A DNA stretch of 64,000 nucleotides from Thermoplasmatales archaeon (GCA_027310185.1 DAIDBH010000014.1:160001-224000), one strand, 5' to 3'; positions 19,128-30,211 are shown, counted from the first letter of the stretch. The notes: generated from the letters alone by a model not told the origin. Made by a program: numbers and translations.

Positions 19128-19226
19128 ATTATCAGTTCCATTTTTCAAATATATACTTCAGGAGGTATTAATAATATAACTTTTTAACCATCCTAGTCCT
19201 TCCCCAGAATCTGGTGTCGGGGTTAA

Positions 19227-20075
19227 ATGGATCTGTTTATTTTTTCTCTACCATTCCTTGTCCTTCTTCTCTGGACAGGCTCAAATTCGCTGATCAAGAA
19301 GGGCCTCAATGATCTTGGACCTGACAGAATATCTGTTTTTGTTGTGGGAATGGGACTGTTGCCTATCCTTGTTTTCGTTTTCCTTGATGGTGGCTGGCCA
19401 TTCAGTCCCGACGTTATATTATTAGGCGTATTTTCCGGTGTGTTTCTTGGCACAGGTTATTTACTGTTCTATCGTGGACTCGGTGTGGAATCTTTATCGA
19501 GTACGGGTGTAACTCTTAACGTACAGCAGATCATTGTTATTTTCATAGGAATTTTTTTCCTGAAGGAGGAGGTGAATTATTTTGAGTATGCAGGTATCCT
19601 GCTTATAATTCTTGGAGCTGTACTTGTTACGATTCAGAATGCTCCAGCCAAGAGAAAATTTTTGATAATAGCCGGGATTGCAAACGTATCATGGGGAATA
19701 TACTATCTACCACTTTCTGAATCTATCCTCCTGATTCACTACAGTGCCCTTCCCCTGTTTTTGGGGCGTTTAATTGGCTTTGCCTTTGTCCTGATCATAA
19801 GTTTGAATCTCAAGCATCCGCCTGAGAAAGCCCGGTTGAAAATTTCATCCATTTATGCTGGACTTCTGGCAGGGCTACTCGATGGACTGGGGAATGTGTT
19901 TTATTCATATTCTATCCAGCTTGGGGTATTCATCGTATCAGGTGCAATAGTTGCAATGATTCCTGCTACGCTTGCTGTTATAGGTTTCCTGTATTTCAAG
20001 GATAGAATGACTTCGTTGAAGCTGTCCGGCATTATTCTATCAGTTACCGGTGCACTGCTTATTTCTTTGCTCTAA
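19227..20075 (+). CDS. EamA/DMT family transporter
   Basis: About 10 TM in two repeats, FFLKEE and FKDR loop motifs. Confidence 0.85.
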   Translation: MDLFIFSLPFLVLLLWTGSNSLIKKGLNDLGPDRISVFVVGMGLLPILVFVFLDGGWPFSPDVILLGVFSGVFLGTGYLLFYRGLGVESLSSTGVTLNVQQIIVIFIGIFFLKEEVNYFEYAGILLIILGAVLVTIQNAPAKRKFLIIAGIANVSWGIYYLPLSESILLIHYSALPLFLGRLIGFAFVLIISLNLKHPPEKARLKISSIYAGLLAGLLDGLGNVFYSYSIQLGVFIVSGAIVAMIPATLAVIGFLYFKDRMTSLKLSGIILSVTGALLISLL

Positions 20076-20120
20076 ATTTTTCAGGAAAAAATTTATTTTC
20101 GATGTTATGCATGTGGCAAC

Positions 20121-20492
20121 ATGGAAAGGACAGTGATTGATTATAACAAGAATGATCATAAAATAACGGTAAAAACCATTGAAAAACATATCAAGGTGTC
20201 ATCTGATGGCGTGGTAATTGCAGAAACTGATGATGCTTTGATGTTGAGTGAGCAGGGACACGGAGATACTGTGTACATACCTGTAAGGGATGCAAAACTC
20301 AAGTATTTTAAGGAATCGCCAACAAAATCAAAGTGCCCATATAAGGGAACGGCTGATTACTATTCACTGAACATAAATGGAAATGAGAAGAAAGATGCCG
20401 TATGGCGATACATCAAGCCATCACTCGATTTTATCCCCATAAAAGATTACATGGCATTTGACCAGAACTCAATTGATAAGATAGAAATGTGA
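20121..20492 (+). CDS. DUF427 family protein
   Basis: VIAETDDALML, VYIP, SKCPYKGTADYYSL, AVWRY, IKDYMAF. Confidence 0.88.
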   Translation: MERTVIDYNKNDHKITVKTIEKHIKVSSDGVVIAETDDALMLSEQGHGDTVYIPVRDAKLKYFKESPTKSKCPYKGTADYYSLNINGNEKKDAVWRYIKPSLDFIPIKDYMAFDQNSIDKIEM

Positions 20493-20517
20493 GAAAACAA
20501 AAACAAAATTTTAATTT

Positions 20518-21093
20518 TTAATTATTAGCGTATTTCTGTTTCCTGATCTCGTCAATGAGCCTGTTCAGGAGTTGCTTTATCAGATTTATGGCCATTTCAT
20601 CGACTAGATGACCATTTTCATCAAATTTTGTATGAGCAAAACTTATGAAGACCTCGGGCCTGTTTATGACCCTTGCATCCATGAACCCCATTACCTGTCT
20701 CAGGTGGTACTGTGCCCTTGAACCTCCCAGCATGCTTGGAGATGCACTCATTATTGCTCCAATCTTTTCTGTGAAGGGATTATCCTGTGGTGGTCTTGAG
20801 ATATAGTCCAGTGTGTTCTTGAGAAAACCCGGAATTGAAAAGTCATACTCTGGCGTTGCAATTATGAATCCATCTGCGTTCTTGATCTGGTTTCTGAATT
20901 TCCCGACAGGTTCTGGCTGGTTTTCATCAAGGTCCTGATTGTATAATGGGATATCCTTAATACTTACAATTTCCAGTTCGGCACCTTCTGGCATCAATCT
21001 CTGGCATTCCTTTAAAAGCTTCATGTTAAAGGAATCCTTCCTGAGACTACCACCGAATCCTGTTATCCTGACTGTCTGGCTACCTGTGACCAT
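20518..21093 (-). CDS. NADPH-dependent FMN reductase
   Basis: GSLRKDSFN, ATPEYDFSIPGFLKNTLD, GGSRAQYHLRQ. Confidence 0.93.
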   Translation of the reverse strand: MVTGSQTVRITGFGGSLRKDSFNMKLLKECQRLMPEGAELEIVSIKDIPLYNQDLDENQPEPVGKFRNQIKNADGFIIATPEYDFSIPGFLKNTLDYISRPPQDNPFTEKIGAIMSASPSMLGGSRAQYHLRQVMGFMDARVINRPEVFISFAHTKFDENGHLVDEMAINLIKQLLNRLIDEIRKQKYANN

Positions 21094-21209
21094 AAGCCCT
21101 GAAAGTAACAACCCTATACAACGTTTTTTAATTTTTCAGAATGGTAAACCGGAAAATGATAAATTATCAAAACCACTTTATATGTTATAATATTTACTTA
21201 TTGATTATC

Positions 21210-22994
21210 ATGGTAAAGTACAAGTGGGTTGCCCTGTCAAACACAACCCTGGGCGTACTGATGGCCAGCATAAACGGTACGATAATTCTGATTTCACTAC
21301 CTGCAATCCTAGGACCTAAAGGAATAGATGTAAACCCTTTTGCTCCTGGAACTTTTATCTACCTCATCTGGCTCATAATGGGCTATAACATCATAACTGC
21401 TGTAATACTCCTGACAATAGGTAGGTTTTCAGATATATACGGGAGAACAAGATTGTTCAACTGGGGATTTGTAATTTTCACTGTTGGTTCTATTCTGTTG
21501 TTCCTGACTCCGGGTAAAGGCAATACCGGTGCCATAGAACTTATTGCCTTCAGGCTTGTTCAGGGCCTGGGTGCGGCTTTCCTCTTTGCAAATAGCACTG
21601 CAATTCTCACAGATGCCTTCCCTGTGAAAGAGAGGGGAAAGGCACTTGGCTTGAATCAGGTTGCAGCGCTGGGAGGATCATTCATAGGTCTCATACTTGG
21701 TGGAATTCTTTCAGTCTTCAACTGGAGATATGTGTTCCTTGTCAGTGTACCGGTGGGTATCTTCGGAAGTGTATGGTCTCTCCTCAAACTGAAAGATAAC
21801 TCCATAAGGGATAAAACACAGAGAGTTGACTATGTGGGCAACATAGTTTTTGGAAGTGGTCTGACCATATTTCTGCTGGCATTGACCTATGGTCTTCTTC
21901 CCTATGGAACGAGTGTAATGGGATGGGGTAATCCATGGGTCATAGCAGGGATGATTTCAGGTGCAATTCTCCTCATAGCGTTTCCATTTGTTGAGATCAA
22001 GGTCAGCCAGCCTATGTTCAGGATGTCACTTTTCAGGATAAGGGCCTTTGTTTTTGGAAACTTTGCATCATTTCTGGGTTCTCTTGGAAGGGGTGGTCTT
22101 ATGTTCATGCTGATCATTCTCCTTCAGGGGGTCTGGCTTCCCCTGCATGGGTACTCATATTCATCTACACCTTTCTGGGCAGGTATTTACATGATTCCAA
22201 TGACACTGGGGTTCCTTACAATGGGACCCCTTGGTGGTGCTCTTTCTGACAGGTACGGAGCAAGAGGTATTGCAACCATAGGAATGAGCATAGTTGCAGT
22301 ATCCTTCCTGATCCTCACCTTCTTCTCCTATAACTTCACGTACCTCCCATTTGGGGCCACAATATACATGCTTGGTTTCGGGAGTGGCATGTTTGCAGCA
22401 CCTAACACTGCAGCCATCATGAACTCTGTTTCAGCAGAAAACAGGGGAATTTCATCAGGAATGGTGGCTACCGTGAGAAATGTTGCCCAGACAGCAAGTA
22501 TGGGAATATTTTTCACAATAGTCATACTTGCACTCTCTACCAATCTACCTCATTATTTCAATATCGCTCTCACATCAGCCAACGCCTCCGGACTATCCAC
22601 CTATTTAGACAAAATACCCCCAACCTCTGCCATTTTTTCGGCGTTCCTTGGTTACAACCCAATGCAGACAATTCTCAGCCAGATTCCATCTTCCTATCTG
22701 AGCTCACTTAACCTGAGCAGCACTACTATTGCAACACTTGAAAGTAACACATGGTTCCCGCTTGCCCTTGCTCCAGCGGTGATGAACTCGCTCAGAGACT
22801 CGTTCTATATAGGCGCAGCCCTTTCAGTGGTTGCAGCAATTTTATCTTTATTAAGGGGAAAGAAATATTACCACCCGGGTGGAGAAAGTCATAATGACCC
22901 TGATAGCGAAAATGTCCAGAAAGGGAAGCAGGAAATGAATATAGAAATTGACAAGGGAGAAATGAAAGGGAAAGAGGTATCAAAAAATGAGTGA
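21210..22994 (+). CDS. MFS drug:H+ antiporter (DHA2-like, 14 TM)
   Basis: GRFSDIYGR, RLVQGLGAA, ERGKALG, GALSDRYGAR; start at MVKYKW. Confidence 0.9.
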   Translation: MVKYKWVALSNTTLGVLMASINGTIILISLPAILGPKGIDVNPFAPGTFIYLIWLIMGYNIITAVILLTIGRFSDIYGRTRLFNWGFVIFTVGSILLFLTPGKGNTGAIELIAFRLVQGLGAAFLFANSTAILTDAFPVKERGKALGLNQVAALGGSFIGLILGGILSVFNWRYVFLVSVPVGIFGSVWSLLKLKDNSIRDKTQRVDYVGNIVFGSGLTIFLLALTYGLLPYGTSVMGWGNPWVIAGMISGAILLIAFPFVEIKVSQPMFRMSLFRIRAFVFGNFASFLGSLGRGGLMFMLIILLQGVWLPLHGYSYSSTPFWAGIYMIPMTLGFLTMGPLGGALSDRYGARGIATIGMSIVAVSFLILTFFSYNFTYLPFGATIYMLGFGSGMFAAPNTAAIMNSVSAENRGISSGMVATVRNVAQTASMGIFFTIVILALSTNLPHYFNIALTSANASGLSTYLDKIPPTSAIFSAFLGYNPMQTILSQIPSSYLSSLNLSSTTIATLESNTWFPLALAPAVMNSLRDSFYIGAALSVVAAILSLLRGKKYYHPGGESHNDPDSENVQKGKQEMNIEIDKGEMKGKEVSKNE

Positions 22995-23445
22995 AGAGAG
23001 AGAACCGATAGAAGTATGGAGAGCTATGGTTGAAACCTGGAAGGTCTGGAAGAAGGGCGTGGACAAGAATCTGGAAAGGATAAATCTTGGAAGCACTGAA
23101 TATTCAATACTCAGGTATCTTACTGAGGAGGGGAGCATGCCCATGGTTCAGATGGCCAACAATATAATGGTCACCCAGGGATGGATCACAGGCCTCATCG
23201 ATTCAATGGAGGGCCGAAAACTCGTTGAGAGAACAAGAAGCAGGGATGACAGGAGAGTCATAGAACTCAATATAACGAAAGAGGGCAGCAAGGTGTTTGA
23301 AAGAGCTAAAAAGGTTCATCTTGAATATATAGAGAACTGCATCAAGCACATGGACGATGAGACTGTAAACTCTACGGTTAAATTATTAAAGGACCTGAGA
23401 ACAAATGTAGAGAATGCAGAAATGCCAGAAATTAAATTAGAGTAA
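22987..23445 (+). CDS. MarR family transcriptional regulator
   Basis: ITGLIDSME...LVERTRSRDDRRVIELNITKEG; overlaps the MFS stop. Confidence 0.92.
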   Translation: MSEEREPIEVWRAMVETWKVWKKGVDKNLERINLGSTEYSILRYLTEEGSMPMVQMANNIMVTQGWITGLIDSMEGRKLVERTRSRDDRRVIELNITKEGSKVFERAKKVHLEYIENCIKHMDDETVNSTVKLLKDLRTNVENAEMPEIKLE

Positions 23446-23539
23446 ACAGAACCACCATTCTGCCAAGGCATGTTCCAGATAGAGAATCTCTAATTCAGTA
23501 ATATTTATATTTGAACTCTCGATCATATAACTGGTACCC

Positions 23540-23878
23540 ATGGGCTTATTATCACTTCGCAGGAACAGGACAAAAAGCGCGGTTATCAATCTTGAGTCTG
23601 AGAATGACAGAATAGAGCCCTACATGGTTAGGGTTCTTGAAAGAGATCAGGAAAGGAGGGCCATGGATTATGAAAAGCACAGTTCAATGGCATATGAGTA
23701 TGTCTCCAGCAGCCTTATTCTGGCCGAAGTGTATGCCAAAACAGGAAGAATAGATGAGGCAAGGAAACTTGCTGAATCTTCTAAAAGTGAGATTGACAAA
23801 ATTGAAAACATGGACAAGAAGAACACCATGGAGACCCTGTATGGAAAAGTGATCCAGAGAATTGAACGGGTTGACTGA
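23540..23878 (+). CDS. Hypothetical helical (TPR-like) protein
   Basis: LAEVYAKTGRIDEARKL TPR-like helix; TATA-like TTTATAT upstream. Confidence 0.55.
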   Translation: MGLLSLRRNRTKSAVINLESENDRIEPYMVRVLERDQERRAMDYEKHSSMAYEYVSSSLILAEVYAKTGRIDEARKLAESSKSEIDKIENMDKKNTMETLYGKVIQRIERVD

Positions 23879-24152
23879 TTTTTAATGCTCAAATTTTGCT
23901 GAATTCTCACGCAATTATTTGTAAGGCTGATTTCCATTACGTTGTATATCTGTTGATAAAAATATATTCCGGGAATATGACAGAACTGACTGAAAATATA
24001 ATTGTATATCTTTACAGGTGGTAAAATATGAAAATTCTTATTCGCTTTAGCAGCCATAATTTGCTCCTGATCCAGATTTTTTCTCATCGATACCAAGGCG
24101 AATAATTAAGTAAAATGATTCATATATTACATGTATAAAAAAGAGTGAAGAA

Positions 24153-25547
24153 ATGGTATCTAAAAAAGTTGTAAATCAGAAAGTAAGGGCACATAACATG
24201 CAATATGGAAGGGGTCACAACAGATTTCTTGATAATGATGTTCCAAAATATGTATTTCCAGAAGGAAAAATGGAACCAAGAGCGGCATATCAGCTGATTC
24301 ATGATGAACTGAATCTTGATGGAAATCCAGATCTAAACCTGGCAACGTTTGTCACCACCTGGATGGAACCTGAGGCTGATAAATTGATAATGGAAAATCT
24401 GCATAAGAATTTCATCGATCACTTTGAATACCCACAAGTAAAGGATATAGAAGAGAGGATTGTGAACATAATGGCCAATCTATATAACGTTCCAGATAAG
24501 GACGATTTTATCGGGACTTCAACAATAGGTTCATCAGAGGCAATAATGCTGGGATTACTTGCCCACAAGTGGAACTGGAAGCAGAAGAGAATGAAGGAAA
24601 ATAAGCCCACTGACAGGCCAAATATAGTGTTTGGTGGTGATACCCATGTTTCATGGGACAAATTTGCACGATATTTTGATGTTGAACCCAGGGTAGTTCC
24701 AATTGCCAGGGATCATTTCACCATAAGACCTGAAGATGTTAGGGAAAAGATAGACGAGAATACAATAGCCGTTGGAGTTGTCCTTGGTACCACCTTTACT
24801 GGGGAATTTGATCCTGTTGTCGAAATAAACCAGATGCTGCTTGACCTGAAAAAGACTAAAGGACTGGATATACCCATACATGTTGATGCAGCAAGTGCAG
24901 GATATATCACGCCGTTCTATGAACCGGATTTCAAATGGGATTTCAGGCTTGAGCAGGTTAAATCTATCAACACATCAGGTCATAAATTCGGTCTTGTGTA
25001 TCCTGGACTGGGATGGCTCATCTTCAGGAATGAGCACCTCCTGCCTGAGGAGCTAAAGTTTTATGTGAACTATCTTGGTGACGAGATGCCTACCTACACA
25101 CTCAATTTCTCGGAAGGAAGTTCAATGGTAGTTGCTCAGTATTACAACATTCTGAGACTTGGCAGGAAAGGTTATGGCGAAATCGTAAGGAAGATGATGA
25201 ACAATGCAAACTATCTTGCAGAAAGACTTACAGCTAGTGGTGAATTTGAGGTTATAAATGGAGCAAAACATATTCCTGTGGTTACATTTAAGCTAAAGAA
25301 CATGGATAGTTCGAAGGCATTTGACCTCTCTTACAAGATAAGGGAGAGAGGATGGATTGTTCCTGCTTATTCCCTGCCGCCAAATGCACAAGATACAACA
25401 ATAATGAGGGTTGTTGTGAGGGAAAACTTCACTGCCGACATGGTGGATATATTTGTTGAGGATATCCTAAATGCAAAGAAAGCGATCACCAACGGGCTAT
25501 CCATTGGAAAACAGACAGATCCGAGAAAGGGTCATTCAGTTTCATGA
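24153..25547 (+). CDS. gadB: Glutamate decarboxylase (PLP-dependent, GadB type)
   Basis: LNLATFVTTWMEPEA, STIGSSEAIML, IHVDAASAG, SINTSGHKFGLVYPG, GWIVPAYSLP. Confidence 0.93.
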   Translation: MVSKKVVNQKVRAHNMQYGRGHNRFLDNDVPKYVFPEGKMEPRAAYQLIHDELNLDGNPDLNLATFVTTWMEPEADKLIMENLHKNFIDHFEYPQVKDIEERIVNIMANLYNVPDKDDFIGTSTIGSSEAIMLGLLAHKWNWKQKRMKENKPTDRPNIVFGGDTHVSWDKFARYFDVEPRVVPIARDHFTIRPEDVREKIDENTIAVGVVLGTTFTGEFDPVVEINQMLLDLKKTKGLDIPIHVDAASAGYITPFYEPDFKWDFRLEQVKSINTSGHKFGLVYPGLGWLIFRNEHLLPEELKFYVNYLGDEMPTYTLNFSEGSSMVVAQYYNILRLGRKGYGEIVRKMMNNANYLAERLTASGEFEVINGAKHIPVVTFKLKNMDSSKAFDLSYKIRERGWIVPAYSLPPNAQDTTIMRVVVRENFTADMVDIFVEDILNAKKAITNGLSIGKQTDPRKGHSVS

Positions 25548-25575
25548 TCTGTGTAATAAGTCCCTAATCCTATTT

Positions 25576-25794
25576 TCAGTTCATTAATTTTCTAACATAA
25601 TAATTATTGAACAGGTACACAATGCCAAAAATGACCGCGGTCATTATGGTTGCTATTATGCCACCATCAATTAAGGATGAATCCACTGGCCTGTTGAACA
25701 GGAAGTAAGCTGCAGGGCCAAAGGCAATGAAGTAGCATACCCACATAACTGCTATCATTTTTATGCTCTTTTTTCTGCTGAGTGAGGGTGACAT
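25576..25794 (-). CDS. Small 2-TM membrane protein
   Basis: Two hydrophobic helices with a basic N-terminus. Confidence 0.6.
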   Translation of the reverse strand: MSPSLSRKKSIKMIAVMWVCYFIAFGPAAYFLFNRPVDSSLIDGGIIATIMTAVIFGIVYLFNNYYVRKLMN

Positions 25795-25896
25795 CTACAG
25801 CCTGAGTATTGGAGAGTTTTACTTATAACTTTCCTGGACATGTGTGTAAAATATTATTTGACAATATGTTTTAATAAACACAGGATATACTTACTT

Positions 25897-26361
25897 ATGA
25901 CATTAAACGTTGGAGAAACAGCTCCTGATTTTGAAGGAATCACAGACAGTGGCGAAAAGGTTAAATTCTCGGATATTGGAGGAAAGGGCAATGTTGTCCT
26001 GTACTTCTATCCGAAGGATGAAACACCTGGATGCACTGCTGAGGCATGCGCATTCAGGGATGAATGGGACGAATTCGAGAAAATGAATGCGAAGGTAATA
26101 GGTATTAGTTCGGACTCTCCTGAATCCCACAAAAAGTTCAAGGAACACAGGAAATTACCATTCATGCTAATAAGTGACCCTGGCCAGAAAATCAGGGAAA
26201 TGTATGGTGCAAAGGGAAGGTTCATACCACCGAGGATATCGTTCGTCATAATTGATGGGAAGATAGTTAATGTTTATAATTCACAGATGAACGCAACCAA
26301 TCATGTAAAAATTGCAAGGGAAGTCCTTTCAAAAATTGGTAATGAGAAAACCAATCAGTGA
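25897..26361 (+). CDS. bcp: Peroxiredoxin (Bcp/PrxQ)
   Basis: VVLYFYPKDETPGCTAEACAFRD; start at MTLN. Confidence 0.93.
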   Translation: MTLNVGETAPDFEGITDSGEKVKFSDIGGKGNVVLYFYPKDETPGCTAEACAFRDEWDEFEKMNAKVIGISSDSPESHKKFKEHRKLPFMLISDPGQKIREMYGAKGRFIPPRISFVIIDGKIVNVYNSQMNATNHVKIAREVLSKIGNEKTNQ

Positions 26362-28121
26362 TTCAGAAGGTACCTATCAAACCATTCCTTCTTTCTCTGC
26401 AGTCTGTCGATCATGTTATCGGGCTTTCCTGCCCTTGCATGTTCATGACTGTCTCCCTGGTACCTGATCAGTTCCGTGTCAATACCATTCATTTTCAGGC
26501 CAACAAACATCTGCTCTGACTGCTCTATTGGGCATCTATAATCATTCTCTCCATGTATGAACATTGTTGGGGTCCTTGCCTTTTTTATGCCGGTTATTGG
26601 CGAGTTTTCCAGTAGTTTTGTAATGGATTCGGGTGCCCATGGATCTTCCACCTTCATATACATGGCGTTGAACCAGAACCCAATGTCACTTGTTCCGCAC
26701 ATGCTCATGAGGTTTGAAACACATCTTTCACTGATGCCCACCTTGAAGAAGTCTGAGTGCGTGATCATCCAGTTTGTCATGTACCCGCCGTATGATCCAC
26801 CTGTTATGCCAAACTGCCCGGTAAGATCATATTTCTTCTTAGCAGCCTCGATGAAGTTGAAAATGTCCTCTGCCGGTCCCTTTCCCCAGTCCTCCACGCA
26901 TGCCGCAGCGAATTCTGAGCCATAGCTTGAACTTCCCCTGGGATTGCAGAACAGTATATTATATCCGTTTCTCAAGAAGTACTGAAATTCAATCATGTAT
27001 GACTCTCCATATGCATCATGTGGGCCACCGTGAACAAACACCAGGTTGGGGCTATTTCTTCCTGCAATCATGCACCATCCCTCCACTTCACCAACCTTCA
27101 TTTCTTCAGCTGCCTCTCCGGACATTCCACCATTAGGATCATATTCCTTGCCATCGAATACCAGAATCGATGGCTTAGTCTGGGAACTATAAATATACGC
27201 AATTTTCTTATCCCTTACATCAAAGCACTGAACTACGAACTTCCCTTTTACAACCTCCCTTACACTGGAATCCTCTATGGAATATATGGATGATATGCCT
27301 CCATTTTCCCCAGGGGCGTATACTGTACCATATTCACATATTAGATTTTCATCTGTACCCTGAAAGTGATCTGATATGGATGAGCCATTCCCTGAATGCT
27401 TTCCTAGAAGTACATGTTTATTCACTGGTAAATACAGATATTTTGTTGCCCATGGAGTCCTTCCTTCACTGTGGCCAATGTATACAACTTCATCATTTCC
27501 ATCAAATGCCATGGTTGACACCTGATCTTCGTTTATCTTGCTTAGGTGACCGTCCTTGACATCAACTTCGTACATATTTGTCAGGCCCTCGTCATTATTC
27601 ATGAATGAAATCATGGCAATTACCCTGTCATTGTTGGAAATGACATCCGATACGTCAAAATCTCCCGATACAATCTTTGTTAACTTTTCATTGAATAGAT
27701 AGAGATTTTTTCTCTGCCTGATGAAGCCTCTTGTGTCGAATCTGTAGTTCAGCCTCTTTGCGACAACTGGAAGATCATTATTTGATTCCTCTGAACCTAT
27801 AACTAGGAATCCATCTCCGTGCCTGACAACCTTGTTGATTTTTGCCATGCTGAATAAAGTAAATGGTTCGGTGTTGCCCTTAATCCGGACAAAATGATTG
27901 ATCTTTTCTTCCGATTTTACATAATACAGGTTATCATCAATAATCATTGGGTGGCTTTCCTTCCCTTCGAAAGTTGCTCTTTCCACTTTTCCATTTTCAA
28001 ACTTAAAAATTGATGTCTTATATTCATTGCCCTCGATCCACTTTTCCGTAAAGTATACCGTATCTCTGTAAATCACTGGCTCTGACAAAAACTTCACACC
28101 ATATGCTTCTCTGGCATCCAT
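26355..28121 (-). CDS. S9 family peptidase (acylaminoacyl peptidase-like)
   Basis: VHGGPH, NPRGS, GGSYGGYMT, HGENDYRC, DSHEH. Confidence 0.92.
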   Translation of the reverse strand: MDAREAYGVKFLSEPVIYRDTVYFTEKWIEGNEYKTSIFKFENGKVERATFEGKESHPMIIDDNLYYVKSEEKINHFVRIKGNTEPFTLFSMAKINKVVRHGDGFLVIGSEESNNDLPVVAKRLNYRFDTRGFIRQRKNLYLFNEKLTKIVSGDFDVSDVISNNDRVIAMISFMNNDEGLTNMYEVDVKDGHLSKINEDQVSTMAFDGNDEVVYIGHSEGRTPWATKYLYLPVNKHVLLGKHSGNGSSISDHFQGTDENLICEYGTVYAPGENGGISSIYSIEDSSVREVVKGKFVVQCFDVRDKKIAYIYSSQTKPSILVFDGKEYDPNGGMSGEAAEEMKVGEVEGWCMIAGRNSPNLVFVHGGPHDAYGESYMIEFQYFLRNGYNILFCNPRGSSSYGSEFAAACVEDWGKGPAEDIFNFIEAAKKKYDLTGQFGITGGSYGGYMTNWMITHSDFFKVGISERCVSNLMSMCGTSDIGFWFNAMYMKVEDPWAPESITKLLENSPITGIKKARTPTMFIHGENDYRCPIEQSEQMFVGLKMNGIDTELIRYQGDSHEHARAGKPDNMIDRLQRKKEWFDRYLLNH

Positions 28122-28416
28122 TTTGCAATAGCGAAATCTACCTTAAGAAATTTACTGAAACTATGGCACTGTCCACTGGCAGGCAGGAGTGAACGGGATC
28201 AGATCTCATACAGCTATATTTGCACATATTCCAGCAGGACAGATGACGTTTACGCATCACGGAAAGTCATCAGATCTGAAAGAACTAAAGTTAGTTAAGG
28301 CTATACCAGAAGATTATAAAAGCTGTAAGTTTCCCTGGAAAAATGCAATTGGAGGTTATCTCTTTCTAATCTTATAAGAAATTATCAATTACTGTAATTC
28401 CATTATGGAATTGCAA

Positions 28417-28746
28417 CTAATGTGTTGCAACTGTCAGTTCATTCAGCTTTCCGTTGATAAAATTGCTGAGACCCCCCTCAACTGTTAATCCTTCTCCAAG
28501 ATAAAGCTTGATCCTGCCATTTGTGTATGTAAATGCATGAGCTCCAACACCAGATACTATAACTGATGTAACACCACGATCGACAATGGATTTCAGCATC
28601 ATAATTCCTTTTGCAGATTTCGCTGTTAATGCTGGATTGGCATATGATTCTACCAGTTCATTGTTATCAGTATTGTAAATTCTTATCTCTTCAGCTTCTC
28701 CAGGACCGCTGATCATTCCCCTGTCAACTGCTATTGCGAGTTTCAT
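28417..28746 (-). CDS. NifB/NifX (dinitrogenase FeMo-cofactor biosynthesis) family protein
   Basis: MKLAIAVD...GEAEEIRIY...NPA...VIVSGVGAHAF...TVEGGL pattern. Confidence 0.75.
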   Translation of the reverse strand: MKLAIAVDRGMISGPGEAEEIRIYNTDNNELVESYANPALTAKSAKGIMMLKSIVDRGVTSVIVSGVGAHAFTYTNGRIKLYLGEGLTVEGGLSNFINGKLNELTVATH

Positions 28747-28832
28747 TTATGTATATTGCCAGAGAAGTCATAAATTTTTGTAAAATATGAGAAAACCTGA
28801 TATTTATAGTTACAGGATGAGTTTTTTATCAA

Positions 28833-29852
28833 TCATGCGGACGTTGTTCTTGAGTGGATATAATCTATCAACCCATCTATGATTCTTTCTTTTATCATGG
28901 TGGGATTTTTCCAGGAGAATAAAGAGGGTTCAAGATAGCATGATAGCGCACATTTATTACAGCTTTCAAATTCTGCCCAGTTATAGTTGTTCCAAACCTT
29001 TACAATATCCACATCCCAGACCTTGGAGGTCCCCTTGTATTCATTCAGAACGTAACACGGCATGACAAGATTCCCAATGGGATCAACGTTCATTGTAAGC
29101 CAAGGCTTGCACTTCCACTCAATTCCGTTGAACCATGAATTTGTGACCGCCTGGAAATATTCCCTGGAGTTTACAATCCTGTAACCTTTTTCTTTCATTG
29201 CTGACAGTGTTTCAATGGCTTCCTTCAGCTTTCCCATTCCAGGAGATTCCTTTTCTGCAGTTGTATAATTGTAAGCGATCTGGAAATTAATTGGCACTCC
29301 CAGCTTTTCTGCCATGAGTACCAGATCTTTCGCCTGGAAGTAATTTTCTTCGGTAATAGTAGAGCTGAGTGAAAGAGAGATATGCCCCCGGGCAGCTTTA
29401 ATTCCTTCCATAGCCTTGTTGAATGATCCGCTGACTCCCCTCATTTTGTCGTGCAGTTCACCTACTCCGTCTATGGAAACAAACATGTAGTCAACATAGT
29501 CTTCAATACTCTTCAATTTGGTCTTTAAAAGCCATCCATTGGTAACCATGGATGTGTGAAAGCGATTATGGGATTCAGCAAGAATATCCTGCACATCATT
29601 CCTCAACAATGGTTCACCTCCCTCGAAACCAAGGAATGAAACTCCCGCTCTTTTCAATGCTTCCATCATCCTTACTTCATCCTCCACGGATAGAAGTTCC
29701 TCATCTTTCCTTCTCCAGAACGGACACATCTTGCACTCAAGGTTACATGTGTAGAGTAATTTATGGCCGGCGATCAACGGTGCCTTGCTGCCATTGAACC
29801 CTTTCATCTTCCGCTCTATCGTCCTCCATAGAACGGGTTTTATCATTGCCAT
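28833..29852 (-). CDS. Radical SAM protein (PTO1314-like family)
   Basis: AGHKLLYTCNLECKMCPFW, FEGGEPLLR, C-terminal CNKCALSCYLEPS. Confidence 0.85.
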   Translation of the reverse strand: MAMIKPVLWRTIERKMKGFNGSKAPLIAGHKLLYTCNLECKMCPFWRRKDEELLSVEDEVRMMEALKRAGVSFLGFEGGEPLLRNDVQDILAESHNRFHTSMVTNGWLLKTKLKSIEDYVDYMFVSIDGVGELHDKMRGVSGSFNKAMEGIKAARGHISLSLSSTITEENYFQAKDLVLMAEKLGVPINFQIAYNYTTAEKESPGMGKLKEAIETLSAMKEKGYRIVNSREYFQAVTNSWFNGIEWKCKPWLTMNVDPIGNLVMPCYVLNEYKGTSKVWDVDIVKVWNNYNWAEFESCNKCALSCYLEPSLFSWKNPTMIKERIIDGLIDYIHSRTTSA

Positions 29853-30211
29853 AATTATATAGCATCATACAGTACTTAAACCTGAGTGGCATCATATTTT
29901 AACTTTTATATTGATGCAAAATTCTGCCAGTACGTATCTTGAATTGCAACAATAAGAAATATTCCATATATAATACAATAATTGCAAATTAATGAAATGG
30001 ATGATGATACTTTTCTGTAAGGATTCAGATTCTGCGGTAAAATTACGAAATTATAAAGATATATGTTTAATGTATTTTGGAAAACCTCCCAAAAAATAAC
30101 AGTAAGATAACCTGAACTGGAAAAGGGTGTCTAAATTTAATAAAATATGATGGGAACATTTAAAGATATCAGCCCTGAAATCAGAACGCGATAAATAGAA
30201 ATGATATAGAA

